From Eledone cirrhosa (taxonomy: Eukaryota): a DNA stretch of 64,000 bases. Position 1 is the first letter of the stretch. Each line of letters opens with the position of its first letter. Shown here one piece after another: positions 39,201 to 50,395 of this stretch. The position numbers were made by a program, and so were the translations under genes. The notes beneath the pieces are model-generated. The model saw only the letters and a program-made list of their open reading frames with translations. It was not told the origin of the DNA and did no database searches. The stretch is from positions 140,244,001-140,308,000 of the forward strand of contig OZ024741.1 of the NCBI GenBank assembly GCA_964016885.1, given 5' to 3'.

Positions 39201-40009
39201 AAGAAAACTGAATTTAGATATCCACAGACATGGAACTGGTTAAAAAGAGGAGACGTTAAAAAGGCTACCGAAGAAATGCTAATTGCTCCGCAAGAGCAGA
39301 CCCTCAGAACGAAGTAGGTGAAACACGATATTTACAAGGAGGAGGCTAGTCCACTGTGTAGGATCTGTGAAAAGAGAGATGACTGTGGCTCACATTGTAT
39401 CCGAGTGTAAATCCCTAGCCCAGACTCACTATAAAGGCTGGAGACATGATGTTATAGGCAGGGTGATCCACTGGCACCTATGGAAAGAAAACAATTTACC
39501 ACTTTCTGAGAAGTGGTATGAGCATAAGCCAGAGTCGGCGATAGAAAAGGATCAGGTGAAGGTGCTATGGGATTTTAGTATACAGACGGACAAGAAATTA
39601 GAACACAATAGCCCTGAGCTGGTGGTTTTGGACAAGGAAACAATATCGTGCCTGGTTGTAGATGTAGCCTGCCCATTTGATACGAGATTGCAAGAAAAGA
39701 AGAGGGAGAAAATTAAGCGACACCAGGACTTAAAGTGGGATGTAAAAAGGATTTGGAACTGCCATGAAGTCAATGTCGTCCCTATTGTCATAGGCGCAGG
39801 GTTTCCAAGGATGGTTAAAGAAGATTAGTCCAGCCCCGCTTTTTGGAACACTTCAAATCGCATGCTTGCTGGGAACAGCAAGAACCCTCCGATAAGTCCT
39901 GAATATCTGAGCCTGCAGGTAGCGGCTTGATATTCATTTCAACACACTTTCCAGTTAAATAACATCAATGACTGAGACTCAAATAATAATAATAATAATA
40001 ATAATTAGC

Positions 40010-40790
40010 GTAAAGTCAGCGAAGGGAAAATGAAACACGTGTCAGTGAAAACGAGGTAAATTGTAACACTTCAAATCCCAGGGTTGGGGCGGAATCACTG
40101 ACAGCAGATCAAATTAAAGAAAGGATCGAAAAAGTGGAAGGAGTGCATGCTCAAAATGAAAACAATGAGATTGTCAATGATGAAGAAATGAATGAGAATG
40201 AACTCGCCGACTTGAAGAATGAAATTATGATCGAATGGATAAAAATGAAAGAATCTGACATGGGGGAACGAAACACTCTCCCTAAGATCCAGAACTCCAA
40301 ACAAAACCAAAGGATAATACACAAGACTAACATAACTCTTAAAAATATTATCGTCACAAAAAAAATGAACATTACTAATCTAAATCATCTCTATTATGCA
40401 TCGGCTAAAGTCACCACTCACTTATCTGGAGTGAAAATGAAAAAAAAAGGAATCCCCACAAAAAACCTACTTGGCAAGAGAACATTAATCGCCAAATAAA
40501 CCTTCTCTGAAAATTGAAAAGAAAATACAGTATAAAATCAACAAGTGACATAGACATGCTGATAGTAACAATTATGCAAAAAGTGTTGGCCAAAGCTGCT
40601 CGTATAAGGCGCTTTGAAAAACGATCTAGATTCTATAAGGACAGTAATATGTTCAAAAACAACCAAAGAAACTTCTGCAAAAAATTGGCAAGTCAACAAT
40701 AACTGCTAAATCAATACCACCCAAGGAGGAAGTGCAAGAATTCTGGGAAAAGATCTGGGCCGAAGAGAATGTTCATAATATACATGCTCC
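40010..40790 (+). mobile_element. R4-B internal ORF fragment
   Basis: Matches ~50830-51688 with internal deletions. Confidence 0.9.
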
Positions 40791-40822
40791 ATGTATATGA
40801 TGCAACGGTGATTCTTTGTTCC
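40791..40822 (+). repeat. 32-bp terminus of the 44.4-kb fold-back element
   Basis: Exact reverse complement of 44366-44397. Confidence 0.85.
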
Positions 40823-41394
40823 TATATATATATATATATACACACACACACATATATATATATATAATATATATATATATAGGTGTGTGTGTATGTGTGT
40901 GTGAAGCGATATCTACTTTGTGAGTCTGTATGTGTGTATTAAAATATCTTCAAGATTGTGTTTGATACACATCTTAACTTCATACCCATAAAACACAATG
41001 TACAAAATAAAAAGAAATCGTGTGAATAGTAGTTCTGAATTTCAATATAATTTTTATGAATATGACCCAAGTTTGTCCATATTGCGCATATTTGCTTGTT
41101 GATGCTATTCCAACATACGATGTATTGATTATATTATTTCTTTGCTGGAGACGATATAGTAAACAATATGTAAATTACAGTTATTTGATGTTTTTGCCTA
41201 CTCGTGCAATTCCTTACGTCATATACATAGCCTTTTCCTTCGGGTTTCACGTTCTTTTGAAGCCGAATATAATTTGAAATATATATATAATCTAATTTTT
41301 TCTCTACCATGTTAGGTTCGGTTCTCCTCGTTGTAATGATTTTTAACCCAGTCTATGTTGTTTCTTTATTTCTCTCTCTATTTCTCTCCTCTCC

Positions 41395-41396
<2 letters not shown>

Positions 41397-41444
<48 letters not shown>
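41397..41444. repeat. (TA)n microsatellite
   Basis: Direct read. Confidence 0.95.
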
Positions 41445-41447
<3 letters not shown>

Positions 41448-42266
41448 TGTAGGTATATATATATATGAATACAAAGTAAACGAATAGATATGCTACATAT
41501 GCATATATATTTCTTGTATATGCATATGTATGTTTGTATATGGTTAGTAATTGAGAAACACATTAAAGGCAAAGAGTGATGCACCCACGCATATACAATT
41601 CGGAGATATGCATTAGAATGTTACAAAGTTCATTTGATTATATTCACAAACATCCAATCTTACGACAACGACCTCTCATCATGACAGTCAATGCCAATAC
41701 AATAGCCACAAATTTTAAACCGTTCATTTCAATACTGTCATGTTATAAAAGTAATTGCACATATGAATTTTCCAGTAGATTTGTGTGCGTATTGGATCTC
41801 CGTCTGTTCAGACCAATTCTGGCAATAACTGAACAGCTTGATACTGGCTTTAACGTACATTCCAAACTTAATGACCCTCAAAGTTAAACCTTTTGAATCT
41901 AACAAGGACAAAATCAATTCTCGTTCTACGAAAACCACCCATTTAAATGGATTACTATATTAATTAAAGTCTTCCAGCATAGTATTATATGAGAATCATA
42001 TATTAAATTGCTATCCAGGTAATGAGAGAATTAACAAATGTAGCAGGTGTCTCAAAATTCCACTTTAATGAAAAGAAATTGCGTGCACTTATTTATAAAT
42101 ACCGTCAAAAACGTATATATATATATCAAGTACATTCAGCGTGACCGAATGTGGGAAAAGCTGGTCTCTTGATCCATAGCTACTGTCAATCGATGAACCT
42201 CGAAAGTGTTTCTGTCTCAGCAATGTCATTCGCAAAGTATTTCATGACTAAGGGCTGTGTTTAATA

Positions 42267-42430
42267 ATTGTTTCTACTTTAGGCACAAAGCCAGCAATTA
42301 CTGGTACTTTATTTTATCCACCCCGTAAGGATGAAAGGCAAAGTAAACCTCGGCGGGATTTGAACTCAGACCGTAAAGGGACGTAAATATACTGAAAAGC
42401 ATGGCGTCCGACTCTCTACCGATACTGCCA
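42267..42430 (-). mobile_element. SINE, full length, with 12-bp TSD GTGTTTAATAAT
   Basis: TSD at 42257-42268 and 42432-42443. A and B boxes present. Confidence 0.9.
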
Positions 42431-42961
42431 AGTGTTTAATAATGCTATTCAGAAGATGACATGCATTCGGATCGAACCAAATGATTTCAAAGTAAACCTC
42501 TTATCCATTCGGCCGTGCTGCGTTCACTGACAGATATTTACAGATATATAACAAGTTCTAGATATAAATGTCTACAGAGATTTATATTGAATATCACGAT
42601 GTCATCTGATATGTGTCCATAATTGACAATTAATATATTTTCATAGATTAATTAATTACTCCTCACATCCTGTCGCAGATAATAACAAACAATTAAATAA
42701 ACGGTTTTCTTTATATTTTAATGATAACATATTTCATGCAGCCATTAACAGTTTAATCAAAATCGGATAATTTCCTGGGTCTATTCACATCTATACTGAT
42801 TGCTTTATTGACTAGAATTCTTGGTCGTCAAAACTCTAGAATGATAATAAATGTGCAGATCCTGTTAAGGGTGGAAGCAGCAATTGTTTGCTTAAACTTT
42901 AATCTGTTATTTTAATAAATAAATAAATATATATATATTATTATTATTATTATTATAATAC

Positions 42962-43170
42962 CTTGGTGGTCAGGGTTACTGTGGCCTTTTACTGGGCTCT
43001 CTCCACAAATGTCCCTCCAAAGTCTCCCCCCTATTGGGGAATTTTTCTTTGTTATTTTATTACATCTGGGTTTTTTTTACACGCAGAAATGTCCATTTAT
43101 ACCGTCCTGTATTGTCCTGTACTGTCCTTAATGTCTACTTTATGTAAACCATTGTGGTTAATGAAGCAAA

Positions 43171-43171
<1 letters not shown>
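42962..43171 (+). mobile_element. Tx1-1 3' UTR fragment (inverted relative to the cluster)
   Basis: Reverse complement of 17632-17840, followed by (TTA)n. Confidence 0.9.
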
Positions 43172-43211
<40 letters not shown>

Positions 43212-43217
43212 TTATTA

Positions 43218-44362
43218 CAGTTGCATTTGTCTTGCTTTATGTTCATACAACTTATCACCAAGTCACGACCAGTGACCTCAAGAGACCACAAGTTCCACCA
43301 TGTTCAAGAAAGAATATACATACACACACATGCATCTTTAGGTGTTTAGACTTGTGATGGACTTATATTGACAGAATCCTCCTTAGTATATGGACAGGTC
43401 CCATTAGTACTGCTTTAGTATTTCTCCTATATGCGGGTTTCCTGGGATTTGCGATAAGTAAACATTAGAACCATTAGGTATCATTCCTAGAGCGCCTACA
43501 ACCACTGGTATTGTTTTAGTTCTCAACTTCAACATTTTTCCAATTTCTATCTCCAGGTCTTTATACTTTCTTAATTTTTCAAATGTTTTTATAGATACAT
43601 TCTGGTCTTTTCGAACGGACATATCAATTAGCAGGCATACCCTCTTTTTAAAATCCATCAGTATTATATTAGGTCTATTTGCATCTATTTTTCGATCTGT
43701 TTGGATGCTAAAGTTCCACAAGTGTGAGATGTGATCTTTTTCTTTGCTCCCACCAATTCTGTTGATGGAGCAGGTCAAAATGCTTACACATTATACAATG
43801 TATGTATTGTGCAGGTCTGTCGTGCCGGTTTAGGTATTCGGTCGGAGCAATAGGACTGCACATTGAAATTATATGATCAATGGTCTCTGGTTGTTTTTTA
43901 CATACACGGCATAATGGGTTGCATCCATTTTCTATTATGTTGGCTTGATAGATTTTTGTTGGCAGACACTGATCTTGTGGTGATATAATCAGTCCTTCAG
44001 ACTCCGATTTCAGTCCAGAGGATGCCAACCACTGATGGGTTAAAGTGTTGTCAACAACTTCTGAAATTTCTAGTTCATTACTGTATCTTTGTGCATCTGT
44101 TGTAATGGAATATGATCTTTTGATGCTTTCATGTTTCAAAACTTTTTGATCATCAGATCATGTGATTCCCTTAGATATGTAGATAATCCAATTGTTGCAG
44201 TTTTCAAAGCAATATCCTACTGGATTAATCCACGTCTTCCTTTTTTCCTAGGGAAATATATTCTATCTGTATCTGCCTTAGGGTGTGCATTCTGCGCATG
44301 GTTAAGAATCTTATAATTTTTGTATCGAGCCTACGGATCTCTGCTTGACCAGTTGATGATAT
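43218..44362 (-). mobile_element. R4-B 3' portion (inverted relative to the cluster)
   Basis: Reverse complement of ~52880-54187 with deletions. ORFs 43708-44139 and 43404-43778. Confidence 0.92.
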
Positions 44363-44365
44363 TCA

Positions 44366-44666
44366 GGAACAAAGAATCACCGTTGCATCATATACATATT
44401 TAATTACATATTACATATGTTTCACTGTCGATCAGCTCGAGGAACGATCGGTTAATGATGGAACCTGACTCTGAAATTTGAAGCTCCTCAGATATGTGTT
44501 AACATGTAGACTCGCGTCTGAAAGTCTAAATGTTAAGGCAGATCTGAGGAGCTTCCGACTTTAGCGTCAGGTTCGATCATTAATCGATGGTTCTTCGAGC
44601 TGATCGACAGTGAAACATGTAATATGTAATTAAATATGTATATGATACAACACGGATCTTTGTTCC
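44366..44666. mobile_element. ~300-bp palindromic fold-back element (MITE-like or Penelope-derived)
   Basis: Arms pair along almost the full length, with a ~10-nt central loop. Termini GGAACAAAGA...TCTTTGTTCC. Confidence 0.85.
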
Positions 44667-44763
44667 CTAATATATTACAATTAATGATACTCTGCTCCTT
44701 AAGAGCATTGAGTTCTTATTCGGCTTACCGCCTACGGACGCAATTAATTTGCAACTTTAATAC

Positions 44764-44765
<2 letters not shown>

Positions 44766-44840
<75 letters not shown>

Positions 44841-44862
44841 TATATATATATATATATATATA
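44766..44862. repeat. (CA)n(TA)n compound microsatellite
   Basis: Direct read. Confidence 0.95.
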
Positions 44863-45539
44863 TGCATAAACATATTTGTGTGTGTATGTGTGTGTGGATG
44901 CATGGTTGTGTGTTTATTTGTGTATATGCCTAGGTCTATATGAACATGTATATTTGAATACATTTTATGCGTATATATGTATATTAGAATGTTTCATATT
45001 TCTGGGTATATCCTTTTGTAGAAATCACATGTCGATTGGGTCCTGATCTCATTTTACATCTTATCTTCAACGGCAAAATTCCAAGATACACATATTTGTG
45101 ATTGCACAAGTTAGTGATCTTTGAATCTATGGCAAACAATACTTATTTATTGCAGCGACGTTGCAACTTTCTCCTTTTCGACTGGATAAATACAGAAGAT
45201 ATTTCTACCGTTTGTAGAATCCTAAATGAAAATCAAATGAACCATAAACTTAAACTATGCATATAGAACTAGTTTACGTCATTGATTTGTGTTCTTTGTT
45301 CTTACGAAGAAGAAGTATTTCATATAACGTTGGTGAGGTGGGATTTTCGATATATGTTTTGATAATTCAATAAGATAATGAGTTAACACTAAGGCTCTAA
45401 TGCAAAGTTCATTGTATTGTTGATTCATTAATGGTTTTGTTAGCGAGTAATACACACGCTGGTTTTCGTCAAATTCCATCTGTTGTAATAAAGTTACACA
45501 ATAAGCTTCATTTCTTTTGCTGTTCATATCCTGAATATG

Positions 45540-46100
45540 CTCCAGAAATGGAAGGACTCAAATCCTCGTAAAAATAAAATTTTCTTCGCCCGATAATTCC
45601 CAAAAGGGTCATGGGCGCAGAATCCTCAAACACTCCTTCCAGCATGTCCTATCAGAAGCGACCGTCTTCATCTGATATGGCTGGATCCCCAAGCAAGAAC
45701 AATCAAGCTCATGGATGTTATCCAACCATCTTCTTCGAGTCTACCCTTTGGTCTCCTGCCGGCTGATTTTGTCCGTCAAATATGTCCAGCGATTCTTTCT
45801 TGAGACATTCTACCCCCATACAGATACTATTGGAGCTGTGATCTCTAGAGTGAATATCTGATGTCCGAGCTTCGCACTCTATCGAGTAACGTTACTGGAA
45901 AGATACTGCGGCCCTTAGTATTCACGATTGTATTATTTTGGTCATTAACCAAGATTCATGACCATAGGTAAGAGTTGACACGAATAGCGAATTGAAGATA
46001 GCGAGTTGAGCTTTTACGCATACCTCTGTTCTAATTATTGAATGCTGAATATGGTGCATGACTGCACCAGCTCCCTCAATTCTTGCTTTTCATATTTCAC
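45540..46100 (-). mobile_element. Decayed RTE-clade LINE 3' fragment
   Basis: Minus-strand translation gives STLTYGHESWLMT (~45945-45985) and GRRPKGR..W (~45725-45765), motifs typical of RTE/Rex3 C-termini. Confidence 0.65.
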
Positions 46101-46778
46101 CGAGAATAAGAAAATGCAAGCCATTTGTCTACTTGAGAAAAATTCTGAGGAGAAGTTGCCTCACACTCCACTCCCCTCCAAACAATAAATGTTCTTATGT
46201 TTCCTCTACAATCATGTCGAAATCGGGGAGAGAATTTCAGTTGCTCTAAAAAAAAACACTAGCCAGATGATCTAGGAAGAGTGGGGAAAATGAAATATCT
46301 TTACTAAAGCGGAAAGCAACATTCACACTTCAATGCAGAAATTGTATAAGGACGGAAGATTAAAAAGCCAACGCTGACTGACAAAAGAATTGTAAAGTGT
46401 GAGATTTGGTAAGTTTTAAAATTGGGTTCTCAAAGAAAAGGATGTCCCATCTGAAAACAAAGCTTTCCTTGCGACACAGCGGGAGGATTGCATGTCTTCA
46501 TTCCTCTTGAAAGTTCGTCATCCCGCTCGGCTGTTAATGATCATGATGACGATGACTTCTTCAAGTAAGTCCGCCCTAAAAATCACTGATATATTTTTAG
46601 AGTGTAGAATTTCCCTGAACCCATCGAAATGTATACAATATCTCAATTTACTTCACTTAAGTGAGAACCAGTTTGAAATGAAATTTGCACTCACGTTTTG
46701 AGATAATTCCACCTGTATTAAAACAGACAGAAAGCGGGATTTTGTAAAGTAAAATAACAATAACAATAATAATAATAA

Positions 46779-46941
46779 TTGTTTCTACTGTTGGCACAAG
46801 ACAAGTGCATTACTGGTACTTTATTTTATCGACCCCGTAAGGATGAAAGGCAAAGTTAACCTCGGCGCGATTTGAACTCAGACCATAAAGGTCCGTAACT
46901 CTTTGCTGCAAAACATGGCGTCCGACCGTCTACCGATACTG
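46779..46941 (-). mobile_element. SINE, near full length, in a TAA tract
   Basis: Matches the SINE family. Confidence 0.87.
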
Positions 46942-46951
46942 ATTAATAATA

Positions 46952-47562
<611 letters not shown>

Positions 47563-47571
47563 AATAATAAA

Positions 47572-47631
<60 letters not shown>

Positions 47632-47632
<1 letters not shown>

Positions 47633-47916
47633 GTGGTTGTAGGCGCTCTGGGAATGATACCTAAGGGGTCTAACGACTACTTATCGCAAATCCCAGGAAA
47701 CCCGCGTATAGGAGAAATACAAAAGATAGTACTAATGGGAACTGCCCATATACTAAGGAAGATCCTGTCAATATAAGTACATCACAAGTCTAAACACTAA
47801 GGATGCATGTGTGAATATGTGTGTTCTTTCTTGAACATGGCGGACCTTGTTGTCTCTTGAGGTCACTGGTTGTGACTTGGTGATAACTCGTATAAACATA
47901 AAGCAAGATAAATGCA
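47632..47916 (+). mobile_element. R4-B 285-bp 3' fragment
   Basis: Appears identical to ~53903-54187. Confidence 0.93.
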
Positions 47917-47940
47917 AATAATAATAATAATAATAATAAT

Positions 47941-49356
47941 GTTTTCTTTATTAACCACAAGGATTTACATAAAGTAGACATTAAGGACAGTACAGGACAA
48001 TACAGGACGGTACAAATGGGCATTTCTGCGTGTAAAAAAAAACAGAGGATGTAATAAAATAACAAAGAAAAGCCCTTAGGTGGGTTCCTTCACCACAAAC
48101 GACACACCTAGGTCTTCTGCTCTCGACGATTACGGTGAGGTGGCTGCCGTCAGTGAGGTCTATCACCTCTGGGATCTCCTCAATGCTTTTTATGGTCCGC
48201 TTGGATCAGGAGCTCCATCCCAGATCCGGACCAGTACTCCTGCTTTTCTTTTGCTATTTCTATTATTTTGGTGTTGGCCTCGATGCCGGCGAGGACGGCA
48301 GCCATTAGCCAGGGAATTTCGATGGCCGGTGGAACGTGGGTCACCCTGATCTTCACAAGTCTCTGGCCACAATAGCTTGGGATGAGTGTGAAGTCGTCAC
48401 TTCTTAATGGGGCCATCGAGTGTTCTCTGGCCTCCTGTGGTGTTTCAAAGAACACGTCCACGGTTCCATACTTCTGCCCACGTCTGATGTGGTGTTTTTT
48501 TGCCCACACATGTCCCAAAGCTTTTTGGATTTTGGACTCAGATGCCCGTTCCACTCGGCGCGATTTTATATTTATTGTCCGATAAGACACGGTGCATAGG
48601 CGACGTTGCTCCATTTTATTAGGTGTGGTGTGGGGTGTGTGTGTGTGTGTGTGGGGGGGGGGGGGCTGACCCTGTACCCATCTTTCTTTACCATTCCTTT
48701 GGCTTCGTTTAATTCTTCCTGAGTTACCTGGATCGCTTCTCACGTTTTTGCTACTCTGGCAAAATTCAGGGTAGTTTTCTTAATTTCATTGTTGCTGTTG
48801 TTATCGTTATTTTTGCTATTGTTAATTTTTGTTTCAGTTGTGGTGGTGGTGGTGGCGTCAGTGGTGTTTGGTGTGGAAGAGTTCATTTTGGTTGAATTCA
48901 TTTCGATATCATGAGTTAATTTATTTTTTTCTTTTGTTTCTGTTGTCGCTGTGGTGGTGGTGGTGGCGGCTTTAACACTTGCAGTCATTGGTAATGGCGG
49001 GAAATGAACGTCTGCCTGAGACAAATTTAAAATATTGCTACTGCTTACAATTCCAGTGTTGGCAAACGTAGCAATATTTACTCTGGTGGTGTCGGTGTGA
49101 GGTGTTGGATTGTGAGGAAGGAGTGAATCAGAGTCATCTATTATTTTTCAAAGAAAATATTTTTGTTTGATAATTATAAATAGTTAAATTTTGGGCTCAA
49201 GGCCCCAATATTTTTGTGTGTCCTTTTCAGAAATCAATGTATGTGCACTTATATATAGATAACAATAAAAATTTTCCATAAATGGCAATTTTAAATAACT
49301 GAAAATAACAAACATTTGCGGAGCTCACGATAATACGATTTACTCCGTAGGTCGCC
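47941..49356 (-). mobile_element. Tx1-1 internally deleted derivative retaining both termini
   Basis: ORF1 knuckle joined to the last ~130 nt of the 3' UTR at ~48068. TAA tracts on both sides. Confidence 0.9.
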
Positions 49357-50235
49357 GATAATAATAATAATAATTCTTAGCACAAATGTTGCATAAAGGC
49401 ACCGAATGAGGTCCCATAAAGTTTCGGATCCATATTATATTGTTGTATCGCTCAAATATTCAATTTTGTATTATATATTTTGTATTCAAAAAAAGAAAAT
49501 GGTTATAAATGGAACAAAACACCCTCTGTCTACACTATATAGAACAGCGGCAATTTCAATTTCACCAACACCAGAAACTTGATACACTACCTATCCCATC
49601 ACACTAAATATAACGGCAACTTCACCGGCATCATAATAATAATTACTATTATTATTGTCTCAAATTTAAAAAAATGTCTAAAATTTAAAAAAATGTTTAA
49701 TTCAAATTTTACGGGAATATGTCAACACAAAATATAATGAAAATATATATTAAACATACGAACACAAACTCATAGATACTATATCAGTAACCACAACACC
49801 ACCGCTGCCACCACCCCACCACATCCATCATCGCCGCCACCACTCATTCAATGCTACTGACACTATTCCCCTGTTAACTTGAGAGAGAAAAGGGAAGGTG
49901 GTGGTAGCACTAGACAAGAGAGAGGCTAGCAAAAGATATAAATAGATTGACTTGGTGACCTTGCCACGGACAAACGTCTACATCAACAATTATGGGACTG
50001 CTGGCTCACCCCTTCCTCACCAACAATATAAAAAGCCCCGGCACCACCACCGACATAGCCAGCAGCAATAACAGCCAACTACAACAAAAAGTATATTATA
50101 TTATTGTAATGCACTGGGTGATTGCTGGCCTGGAGTGGAGACAATTATTAATAATTTCATTCTTAAGCCACGCAATGCTCACATTAAGGAACCACTCATG
50201 ATAATAACAATTTAAAAAAAACAACAAAAAGAAAA

Positions 50236-50372
50236 CCCCGTGACCAAGAAATACCGGGATGGCGGCCGGCGGGGAATAGCCATGTCTCTAGGGGAGAACG
50301 ACCCCTCTAGTCTTGGTTGACACTCGTTCTAGAAGTGGTAACACGAAAAGATTACCCCTTGGCGGATAAGGA
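50236..50372 (+). promoter_or_regulatory. Candidate structured RNA (possible pseudoknot) upstream of the R4-B ATG
   Basis: Several complementary segments, conserved in the copy at 15883-16010 with one compensatory change. Confidence 0.5.
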
Positions 50373-50395
50373 TAAAACGCGACAAAATAAAGTAG

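Larger units (their letters stand above)
35352..39981 (+). mobile_element. R4-A older full-length copy (~1.3-kb 5' UTR, ATG at 36653), heavily decayed
   Basis: Collinear with copies 1 and 2 but with many stops and indels. TAA tracts on both sides. Confidence 0.9.
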
